A stretch of DNA of 64,000 nucleotides from Mobula hypostoma (Eukaryota), in assembly GCF_963921235.1 (NCBI RefSeq), contig NC_086097.1, positions 189,970,001 through 190,034,000 on the forward strand, written 5' to 3'. Position numbers and translations under genes: made by a program. Below the pieces are notes generated by a model. It did no database searches. It saw only the letters and a program-made list of their open reading frames with translations, and was not told where the DNA came from. Positions 39,880 to 50,808 of this stretch are shown here, in pieces. Within the stretch, counting starts at the first letter, position 1. Every line of letters begins with the position of its first letter.

Positions 39880-40740
39880 ATTTCAAAGTATATTTTATTA
39901 TCAAAGTATGTATACATTGTACAACCTTGAGATTCTTCTCCTAACAGCAACCAAGAAACAAAGAACCTCCAAATCAAACAAAAAATCAAATGAAATCAAT
40001 CTATTAGAAAAATAGACTGTCTAACATTCAATGCGCAGAGGATAAAGAACACACCCTGCCCATAAAAATAAAAGAATAATATAACCCATAAAAAAGACCA
40101 TCAAGCACCCAATATGCAATAGGAAAAAAGTAATACAAACTGCAAGCAAATAGTGTTTCAGAACTGAAGTTTGCAGGACAGCCCCATAGTTCAGAACGGC
40201 TGAATAAATGTCACGGAGCAGCGATCTTAATCAGTCCGCCCCTCACCTTGGAACATGACACTCTGGCCTTTCTGACACCTTGAACTTTTCAATTTGGTCC
40301 AGCTCCATCTGAACATCGGGGTCTGCCACTTCGAGTAGTGAGCTGAACTGGCCCGTACCTCACCTCGGGCCATGACACCCTAACCTTTTCAATCTGTCCC
40401 AGTGCTTAACTCTCTGTCCGAACAACGGGTTCTACTGCTTGGATACGCCAGGCTTTGCTGCTTCCATTTGGCCTGTAAGTCTCCATCTGCAGATTGTGCT
40501 CCATCACGCCCAGCGCCTGGACCCCGCAGCTTTGATTTGGTCCGTGCCTGATCTTTCATGCCATTCCATGTTCTCGGCAATGGACCCGCTGCCTTGCCTA
40601 ATTCTTCCACCCATTGCAAGTCCAAAATGATGGTAAGCAATTCTACCACATCGAATTGCCTCCAAATTCAAAGGGAAGTTACAGACTGTTACTTGTGACT
40701 GTTTGCCAGAAGAAGTGTGGTTAACAAAGTATTTACTTGC
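39880..40740 (-). mobile_element. Non-autonomous element with Rex1-type tail
   Basis: Tail tttgataataaaatatactttga; body shares motifs with 48737-49690; no TE ORF. Confidence 0.55.
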
Positions 40741-40744
40741 TATC

Positions 40745-41365
40745 CTTGTTTCACTAGCTACCAGCCAGAAGTCATAGATATCGCCCTTTATGCCCATTAT
40801 CCCACAAGTCATGCCATAATCCTTTAATTCTTAGCCCACCAACCCCTTGGCTTCTGATTTACTAACGGGAAGGTCGATATCCACAGTTGAACTTTTAACA
40901 GCTTTTTTGGCCAAACAATCAACCCTCTCATTCCCCTCAACACCTCTATGTGCAGGGACCCAGAAGAAAAAGACATAAACCAATTCTTTGAATATGAAAT
41001 AAAATTTGAAGAGCATCCAGCAGTACATCTGACCTACTGCTAGAATGACCTGTTTTAAAACTAGTCGAAACTGAAAAAGAATCTGAACAAATTAAAACTT
41101 TGCAAGGACATATTTCCTTCACTCACTGTAAGTCCAAAATGATGGTAACCAATTCTGCTGTGTATACTGATAAATGGTTAGTAAGATGTTTCTTTATTGT
41201 TACCTGTACTTCAGGCATGAAAAACAGCCACACCAACATTCCCATTTAAGTTAACTTTTGATCCATCAGTAAAAATGATTAACATATCACAATAATTTTC
41301 CTTAATACATTGATGAACCAACATACTCTTAGGCATATCAGGATCTTTGGTCTTCATTCTCTTAG
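40745..41365 (-). mobile_element. RNase H domain remnant of an I/Nimb-type LINE
   Basis: IFTDGSK, SVYTAELVTII, ICSDS and WVPAHRGVEGNERVDCLAKKA. Confidence 0.8.
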
Positions 41366-42106
41366 GTATCTGGAGGAAGGTCTAAGTTCAACGTCAAGAA
41401 AAAAAATAGATCCATCTTTTCAAATTACTACTCAGTTCATTTTCAACTTTGTAATGTTAACAATCTAGAACAATGCTCATAACAGTGTAAAACAATGACC
41501 CATAACCTCGTGTCTGCATTATTCCATTTGAGGACAAAGTAACTTATTAACAGGTACACCATTTATTCTCTGAAGAACACTGAATATAAACAGAAATTAA
41601 GTGGAATAATATGGAAGATGAGATTCTCATTAATAACTAGCAAATGTCAGGATTCATTCTGGCAGTGGGATTGAAAAATGGATATAGAAATTACTGGTAC
41701 TTAAAACAATCAGTTTGAACCAACTTAAGCTTGCAGTGTTGCAAGTAACAGTCGAATATCCTTTAATTACTGATCCGAACAAAGGCATTTGCAGAGTCAG
41801 GTGCAAGACTGTGGAGGGCATTTTTATTCAATTTGGTTGAAATCAACCAACTATTTACTTGCATGCAAACTTGTACATTTAACAAATTATTAAGATATGT
41901 ATGTACTGAGTTCTTACTTGTACCTGAGCATATATCCACTCAAGTTCTTGTCTTCTCAATTACAAACTTAATATCTCAATAGTTATTTTCTTCTCTAGCA
42001 TTATCTACTCCCCTATATTTACCTACTCCCAGTACTCTCAATCGCTGTGGATTATTTCTCCAGTAGACTTCACATACAAGTAAATACATTTTACTTCACA
42101 CATTTT

Positions 42107-42870
42107 CTTACTTACTTACTGCCCATTTAGGGCATTTAGGGCTGCAATGAAGGTCCTCCATCTCTGTCTGTCCATATCATCACAGACAGATAGAAATGGA
42201 TTCTTCATTGCTTTTTCCATAACAATTTTGTTTTACCAGTCTAGGTTGTTAGCCTTGAGCTGAACTCCCAAATCTGGAGGACCAGTGGACCACCCTTAGT
42301 CTAGCCTCTATCCTTTGACCTGTGTGGCATGGGGGACCCTACCAAGAGCCGGAGAATAAAGCCCTGACTCCAGCATAGCAGCATAGCCCTCCAGGTTGTT
42401 GAGGTACGTAAGCCTCCAAACCCTACAACAAGGTTGTGGTCCTCTTGGAGGAGCCCCGGAATTGACAAAGACTAATCCTTGCATCACCAACAAAAACAAC
42501 TATGGTCATGCATAACTTCCTCCAGTCTCCAAGCAGATGAGGCTCGATAGCTGTGTTTGGCAGCTCATCTAGGAGAAAGAAAACTCTGATCTCAAACCTC
42601 CATTGCCTTGTGGCTGTACCCACTCATGTAGCCCCTAAAGCAGTGCTCTGTTAAGTTTAATGCTGGCTGGCAACTCCTGCAATACCACTGGTGCCAAACT
42701 GTATATCGGTCTCTGCCATTCCTTTGGGTTCATCAGCTGCATGGAGCGGGAGAGCCTGTGACATGAACAACAGCTTGCCCTCCATATTGCACTGCCCTGG
42801 CTTGCGTATTGAACGTAAGCAAGAACGCAACATCCATCATAAACCTCAACCAACAGTGGGCCTCCTCCTC
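42107..42870. mobile_element. Two adjacent non-coding interspersed repeats; the left one is minus-strand with a (TAAG)n tail and probably RTE-mobilised
   Basis: cttacttacttact tail; GC-richer SINE-like bodies without an ORF. Confidence 0.5.
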
Positions 42871-43009
42871 CTCCAGTGTCAGTGTTGTAATTGACAACCA
42901 GTTTACTGTTTTCTACTGCCAAAGTGAAATAGTAGTTGGTGTGAGGACACATTGAAGCAGAATATGGATCTGTCAGATTTATTTTATGCAAGGGGTATTA
43001 ACTCACACG

Positions 43010-43410
43010 CCCCCCGATGATCCTGTGATTTCAATCACTCGGGCTGACATGAGAGCAATCATCAGGAGGGTGAACCCATGGAAAGCATTTGCGCCAGGAT
43101 GGATATCTGGCTGAGTACTAAAGACCTGTGCTGATCAACTCTCTGGAATGTTCGCCGAGATATTTAACCTCTCGCTTTGGCAGTCCGAGGTACCCATTTG
43201 CTTTTAGCAGGTTCCAATTATACCGGAGCCTAAAAAGAATACGGTAACCTGCCTCAATAATTGTCATCCAGTGGCACTTACATCTGCTGTAATGAAGTGT
43301 TTTGAGAGGTTGGTGATGAAACAGATCAACTTCTGCCTGGGAAATGACTAGTATATGCTCTAATTTGCCTACTGCCACAGCAGGTCCAATGCAGATGCCA
43401 TTCTTCACTC
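43010..43410 (+). mobile_element. Rex1/Babar RT fragment
   Basis: [42 protein letters not shown]. Confidence 0.88.
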
Positions 43411-43418
43411 ACCCCTGT

Positions 43419-44464
43419 GATATTTACCAGCTACTTTATTAAAGAAAGATACTCATTAATTAATTGAGCATTTATAACTATGATCCACCTGGCTGTATTT
43501 CATGCGGAGGTATAGTTATTCAAAAGTTCAGAGTTCAATACAGAATAAAATGCATTTATTATCAAAGTACATATACATAAAAAAAAATCAGTAAGTATCG
43601 AGAAAGTGAAAGGAAGGGTCCTTGGAAGTGATTCCATAAGTTGTGGGAACAGTCCAGTGATGCTGCAAGTGAAATTGAGTGGTTTTCTCCTCTGGTTCAG
43701 GAGCCTGATAGTTGGGGGGTAATAACTGTTCCTGAACCTGGTGTTGTGAGTCCTGAAGCTCCTGTATCATCTTCCTGATGGCAGCATCAAGAATAAAATG
43801 TGACCTGAGTGGTGGGAATCCCTGACGATGAATGTTGCTTTCCTGCAACAATGCTCCTTGTAGTTGTGCTCAACGGTGGGGAAGGCTTTACCCATGATGA
43901 ATGGGCTATTTGTGCTATTTTTATCAGGACATTTAGTTCAAGGGTATTGGTGTTTCCATACTAGACTGTAATGTAGCCAGTCAATATACTCTCTCTGACA
44001 CAGCTATAGAAATCAGTCGAAGTTTTAGATGTCATGCAGAATCTTCGCAAACTCCTAAGGAGGTAGAGGCACTTCCGTGCATTCTTCATAATTGCACTTA
44101 CATGTTGGGCCAAGGACAGGCCCTTGGATTTTATTGATTATTTATTTATTATTATTTCTCTTTTTTCCTTTTCGTATTTGTGCAGATTGGTGCCTTTTGC
44201 ACACAGGTTGTCCACCCTGTAGTGCGGTCTTTCATTGATTCCATTTTAGTTATTGGATTTATTGAGAATGCCCACAAGAAATGAATTTCAGGGTGGTATA
44301 TGATGACATATATGTACACTGATAATAAATTTACTTCGAGATTTGAACTTTGAACTTTTTAGTATATGTACCTCTGCCTGAAAAACTGCCAGGTGGATCA
44401 TAGTTATAAATGCTGAATTAATCATTGAGCTCTCTTTCTTTGATAAAATGGCTGGTAAATATCC
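43419..44464. repeat. Inverted-repeat structure of about 1.05 kb enclosing two tail-outward Rex1 fragments
   Basis: Arms 43419-43538 and 44343-44464 with a perfect 27-bp core. Rex1 minus at about 43525-44125; Rex1 tail plus at about 44128-44355. Confidence 0.85.
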
Positions 44465-44565
44465 CGTAGATTCACTTAGGTCAAGATTTATCATTGATGC
44501 TACACTCACTGATTTGGTTGAGATTAATGGTGATAGTACAGTCAGATGGCAGACATAATGGAATC

Positions 44566-44780
44566 AAAAATCTAAAATAAAACAAGAGAATAATGGAAAT
44601 TATTCATCAGGTCAGGCTCCACCTCCGGAGAGAAATACAGAGTTATTGTTTCAGATTGATGACCTTTCATCAGAATCAGTTTATCAATTCTGCCGATAGG
44701 TCATTGACCTGAAACGTTAACTCCGTTTCTTTCATCAGAAATGGCACCTGATCTGGTTTGCTTTCATTGTTTTAGATTTC
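44566..44780. mobile_element. Palindromic pair of Penelope terminal-repeat fragments, each with a hammerhead-like motif
   Basis: 44641-44675(-): TT-CTGATGA-AAGGTCATCAATCT-GAAAC-AATAACT. 44688-44722(+): TT-CTGCCGA-TAGGTCATTGACCT-GAAAC-GTTAACT. Confidence 0.75.
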
Positions 44781-44849
44781 CATTACTTGAAGGTTTTTGC
44801 TTCACAATCAATATACTTTGTGGAATTTTGGCCTGATAATGTTGCAGTG

Positions 44850-45375
44850 CAGAAGTGTAGGGTAGATGTGCTCTCAGTTTCCACAATGCCCATCTGCAAC
44901 ATGCATATCCAACTACAACATTTCTGGGAATCATCTTACCACTAGTAGTACTGTATCTACAGGAGATACGGCATCAAAAAAGCAGCATACCTCATCAAAA
45001 ATCCTCACTATCTGGGCCATGTCATCTTCTTGCAATTGCTATCGGGCAGGAGATACAGAAGCCTGAAATCCCACACCACCAGTTTCAAGAACAGCTATTT
45101 CCCTTCAACCATTTGGTTCTTGAAACAACTGACACAATCCTAATCACTAAACTTTATCAATACTCTTGATCATTCTGCACTAAAATGGACTTTATTTTTG
45201 TTCAAATTGTGTTCTTTCTTGTAAAAATTCTGTATAATTTATGTTTTGCTTGTGAATGCTGCTTATATGATGTTATGCACTGGTGAGGCTGTTGCAAGTG
45301 AGTGTTTCATTGCACCTGGCATATGCAGTATGTACTTGTATGTATGACAATAAACTTGCCGTTAACTTTGACGTA
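44850..45375 (+). mobile_element. Rex1/Babar 3' fragment (same subfamily as 33380-34265)
   Basis: GRRYRSLKSHTTSFKNSYFPSTI; shared 3'UTR. Confidence 0.8.
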
Positions 45376-46192
45376 TATGGCACTACCTACCTCAGATCTT
45401 GGTTGACTAATGCATCTCCATAAATGCTGCTGACAGTTAATATTTCCAGTTTTACTCCTTTTTGTTGTTGTTAACATTAGTTGGGAGTTGGTACAAGAAC
45501 AGCAAAAATGTTCATTGCAGAAAGTTGAGAGTTAGACCAATGATCCCACACACAAGTGCACCAGATCATATCCATGCCTAAGAGTGAAAACTGAAATGGC
45601 TTAAATTCTTAGCAGATCCAACAGCACTTGTACAGCAGGAAGCTGAGCTAGTGTTTTCAAGACACAAGTCTTAAAAGGCAACTTCAGATCTGGTTCTTTC
45701 CATAGCTTGCCATTTAACCAGTTATATTAGCATTTAGTAAGTATCGAAGATAATAAAATAAACCCTTGCAATTTCAATTCTCTGTCCTGCTGCTACAACA
45801 CCAGTGATCTTGAGTGATAGACGCACTGACGGTGCATAGTTCTCTGGTTCACACTGTCAAGGTTCACAAGCATCTGGGTTAGATACTGAATTGTCATTTC
45901 TTCATAAGTGGCAGGAGACAGTGAACTAGATTTTTTTTTAAGGCAGGAGGAAAATATTTAGGAGAGAAATGGAATGAAATTATCATGAATTACACTGGAT
46001 GTAATGAAAAGCAGTTTTGGAAGTAAGAAATTGCAAGTTGGACATGAAAAGAAACCATAGGAAATGGTGAATGTAAAACATTAGTCTCACATCTTCCGTT
46101 TGTTATTTCAACAATGGCATTACTCTATTTATTTTAAAGTAAGCATTAAACTAGTAGATGACACAATTTAACAGTAATGTATTAAGTGCTTA

Positions 46193-46544
46193 TTATGTTA
46201 TAATTAGTTATAGGCATCCGTTAGTCTCATGAGACCATGGATTTGCGCCATGGATTTGCGCCTTGGAAGGTTTCCAGGTCGCAGGCCTGGGCAAGGTTAT
46301 ATGGAAGACCAGCAGTTGCCCATATAACCATATAACCATGCTGCAAGTCTCCCCTCTCCACGCCACCGATATTGTCCAAGGGAAGGGCATTAGGACCCAT
46401 ACAGCTTGGCACCGGCGTTGTCGCAGAGTAATGTGTGGTTAAGTGCCTTGCTCAAGGACACACACGCTGCCTCAGCCAAGGCTCGAACTAGCGACCTTCA
46501 AGTCACTAGACGAACGTATTAACCACTTGGCCACGTGCCAACAC
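46193..46544 (-). mobile_element. tRNA-derived SINE with CORE-like central domain and 9-bp TSD
   Basis: A box TGGCCAAGTGG, B box AGTTCGAGCC, gtgtccttgagcaaggcacttaacc domain. TSD AAGTGCTTA at 46184-46192 and 46545-46553. Confidence 0.88.
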
Positions 46545-47231
46545 AAGTGCTTACAGCAATATCATTCAAGAGGGATTTCTAGGTTGAAGTTTTTGAAATC
46601 TAAACTAAAAAAAGACATAATATCTATTTCACTAATGTGAAAATATTAATTTCTATAGTATTTCAAAACCTCAAAGTGAGTATGTCAGACCATCACTCAT
46701 CATTACGACATCATGAGCATCTGATTTACAATAGGGTTCATGTCTACAGGGGAGCAAGGCTGTGCTCATCTGAAAGAGTTTCACTATGGCCCCAATATTG
46801 CACCTATGTTGGGTTAATCACAACAACTTCCTCATCTTCCAGCATAATTATTTCCATTTTTGATTTAAGTCTTTGGCAGGTCTGTGTTGGTTTGAACCAA
46901 AGTCAAGTAATTTTATTAGGCCTCAGTTTTAGACTGATAATAGATTTCATTGGAGAATATAATTCACTTCAACCAATAGAAGACAAGTTATTATTTGTTA
47001 TAAATCTGTGTGCTATGCTACATCTAGATCATACAGTACTGTATGTCAGATATAACCTATTATGTAAGATAATTATTAAAGAAGAAAATCAGATCAGAGA
47101 GTATGAAGAAAGTTAGCAGTGACCTTGTCATCTCTGCTTCTATGAAATACATGCCTATCAATCTGTGCCCTGGTCCTAGCTAAATGTACGATTCAATGCT
47201 TCAGAATGATGCCAAAGACAGAAAAGATATA

Positions 47232-47395
47232 AAAACGAGAAATTTTGCAGATGCTGGAAATCCAAAGCAACACTTACAAAATGCTGGAGGAACTCAGAAG
47301 GTCAGGCAGCATCTATGGAAATGAATAAACAGACGATGCTTCGGGCTGAGAACCTTCTTCAGGACTGGAAAGGAAGGGGGAAGATGGCAGAATGC
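47232..47395 (-). mobile_element. Solo Penelope terminal repeat with a mutated hammerhead (47331-47366)
   Basis: AGTC-CTGAAGA-AGGTTCTCAGCCC-GAAGC-ATC-GTCT on the minus strand. Confidence 0.8.
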
Positions 47396-48736
47396 AAGAC
47401 ATTGTGAATGCTGGGATATCTGAACCAAAAATAAAAAGGTTGTAAACACTCAATGTGTTAAACTTGTACATCTGCTACATCTACAGAATACCTCTGTACT
47501 ACATTTACAGAATACTTTTCTTACCTGTTAATATTATTTTATGTGCTCTCAATGATATATGTGCTGTGTTTTGCACCTTGGTCCCCGAGAAGTGTTGTTT
47601 CTTTTAGCTGTATAAATGTGTACAGATAAATGAGAAAATAAACTTGAACTTCAACTTGAATCTATTCTGATAGAAGGTTATCGACTGTGAAGCTATCTGT
47701 GACTGCAGCAACTTGTTAAGAGTCAAAAATCACCAGAATTTATCAAGGTGATGGTGAAAAACAAACATGTAATTTAAAAGCCAAATAAATAAATTATCTT
47801 TAGGGCTTAAGTGTTCAGATGTCAATTTTTGTAGCACTTAGAGCCAATGAACATATTTTTGCAAAGTAATTCCTCGTGTCAAGATATAAAACATGCCATA
47901 AATTGAATAGCAACCATGCACACCGGTCACGTTAACATTGGCAGGGTGTACGAGCAACACAATCATCCATGCTATTAAAGGCAAAGAATATCAGCAAGAT
48001 GAATGAGAGACTGCTTTTCTTTTCATGGGATACGATTTTGTTTTCTTTTCATACCATGAATGAATATCCAGGACATCTGTATGCCATTTTAGTCACAGTG
48101 TTAAACTATGCAAGTGGTAGAAAAACAAGCTGGATTTTCTTTTGACCAAATCATGTGTTACAATTACAGTTATTGAAAGGACAACAATGCAGGAATTCTT
48201 AGATTCTCCCCCACCTTTGATACTTCCTTTGTTCTCTCTAACTTTAAACTTAACCCCTCTCCTCCCCACGACTCTGCTTTCAAAACTTACTGATACTGAA
48301 CGGCTCTAAAGGAAATTTGTTAGCTAAGCAAAATTAACGTTCCTTCTCTCTTCATTGATGCTCCTAATCCATTGAGTATTTCCAGCTGTTTTGATTACGG
48401 TTGCAGTTGGCCATGGACCTTTTAAGTATTTTACCGTAGAATTTTCCATGGTAGAGCAATGGAATAAAAACATTGTGCTCAGGAGGCAGATTTTACATGT
48501 GAATAGCCAAGAAGCAGACATCTATCACAATGAAACATTAAATATCTGAATATTAAGTTCAATGGAACAGTAAATGGAAGAACAAAAGAGATAAATGACC
48601 CAAAGAAAAAAAGTTAAGTGCATCCAGCTTCAACTTAAATTTAATGTAAATGCATTAAACTCTGTAAATTATTTAAAACATAAATGTACAGTGAAATAAT
48701 GAAAATTAAACAAAGAAAAAACTTAACTGAACGTAT

Positions 48737-49690
48737 TTCCGGTTAAGATGGTGCTACAGAATGTATGCAACAGCTCACTGGTCATTAAAATGTTAAGCAA
48801 TCCGACTAAAAACATCACTAAAAACACCTTTTCTGAGGTAAATTGTGTGAAATTATCGCTGCAAACAGTAAGGGGGCAAGAGATGGCGAGGCGAGTTTGG
48901 GCGATGAGCCGAGAAGGTGTGTTGCAGAATCAATTTTGATGGAGTGAGCCATTCAGAGAGGAGAAGTCAGGGTAGAGGAGATTTGATGCCCATACAACTG
49001 GGCTGGGGTGAGGCTGGCTCGCTTTGGGCACTGAGAGAAATCGGGGCCAGTGCAAAGGAATTCCGATGACTATACAACTGGCCCAAGTGCAATGGGGGTC
49101 ACTCTGGGTGCTGAGCTGATTTAAGCACCTTGAGGACGGCTGGGTGGCAAAATATGGGTCTGAAGTGAGTCACTGAGCAGCGTGGTCTAGGCCCTGAGCC
49201 CTTTGCAGTAGCCGAGTCCTCATGTAAGGTACGATCCGCTGTTCAGACAATTTAAAGGCCGGCCCAGATCAGAGGCAAGAACTGTTGTTTGGTCAATTTA
49301 AATGCCAGCCCAGATAGACCGAAAATACAGGGCGCTGGGATCTGAGATGACAGCCTATTTTGCTCGCTCTCCACAATGGTCACTCCTCTATCCATGGCGC
49401 TGAGGCTATGAAGACTGCCCCGGCTACAGTGCTCCATGTCCGCTAATATGATGAACAGATAAGCGAGGCTTTGGACCTACTCCAGGCTCAGATCTGAGGA
49501 CTCAGTTAGGTTTGGAATGTTGGTGTTTGCTCCAATTGTTTGCATGATTTATGTTTTTTCCTTTTTCCTGCGCATTGGGTGTTGGTCGTTTATTTTTATT
49601 ATTTTCTTTAATTGGGTTCTTTCGGGTTACTTGCTTTGTGGCTACCTCAATATTGTATAATTTTATACATTCTTTGATAATAAAAGTAAA
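48737..49690 (+). mobile_element. Non-autonomous element with Rex1-type tail and YY1-like 5' motif
   Basis: Starts tttccggttaagatggtg; ends ctttgataataaa; the tail remainder cttgaatttttgaatc follows a CR1 insertion. Confidence 0.55.
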
Positions 49691-49848
49691 CATAGAAACA
49701 TAGAAATCTACAGCACATTACAGGCCTTTCGGCCCACAATGTCGTGCTGACCATGAAACCTACTCTAGAAACTGCCTAGAATTCCCCTACTGCATAGCCC
49801 TCTGTTATTCCAAGCTCCATGTATCTATCTCAGAGTCCCTTAAAAGAC
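49691..49848 (-). mobile_element. Short CR1 3' end
   Basis: catagaaacatagaaa..acaggcctttcggcccacaatg. Confidence 0.85.
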
Positions 49849-50808
49849 CTTGAATTTTTGAATCTTTTTAACAGATGGTGAGAAATTCATTGAAGTGAAT
49901 GCCAATAAATCTAAATTTAACGGCATTGTTTTATCTTCAATGGTGCTAAAGTGTTTTTGAAAAATATTTATTTTTATTTATCAATTTATCAATTTTATTT
50001 ATCAATGAGACCAAGAATGGGGCCTCATCAACTGTCATGACAGATCAGAGGCTTTGCCATCTACACTCAGAGAGCTCTGTAGTATGTTAGCCTTTACAAC
50101 CAGCTAGGAACTACTGTGCTTTCTCATTGGAAGACTGCACCCGGGGCACATGGTAAAGAGTAGCGTGCTCCAAAGACACACGACCTATGAACTCACATCA
50201 CTTACCTATCTATCAGCAGAAGATTTCTTTTACTATCTGAAAATCAAATCAAAATCCTGCAGATGATGGAAACCTGAGCTAAAAATAAAATTTACTGTGT
50301 TCTACAGATCCTGCCTGCTCTGCTAAGTGTTGCTGGCATTTTCTGTTTTAGTCCTTCAATTTCTACTCAGTTACATCTCAGAATGAGGTTTTAGGCTTCC
50401 CTCATCAACAAACCTCTTCATAGTTGTGCAAAGTCTGAACCAAATTATCCTTCCCTGAACTTACAGCTGAATTCCTAAGTATACTCCAAATTAGGATGAC
50501 CATCACATTCCTGTACTTTAATTTACAATGTAATTCATTATAAATTAAATCTGACCTTTGCAAATACTGTACCGTACTTGGTTAATTTTCGCAATATTCC
50601 GACTAATCAAATCTACTCATAGCCACCTATGCAAACTATCATAGCTTTGTAAAAAAAACCTGTAACTACTATTGCTGAGTGGGTTGCAGCATATTTTAGA
50701 ATGCTTGAAAATATTCTTCATGATGAAAACATATTTTAAAAAAGATTACGTGTACTTAGTTAAATTCACTGTGAAACACCATCCAATAGAATCAGAATCA
50801 GAATCAGG

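Noticed and set aside
46637..47116. 159-aa ORF (and 4272-4484, 8725-8910, 35538-35726)
   Set aside because: No recognisable motifs, AT-rich composition and no supporting splice-site pair.
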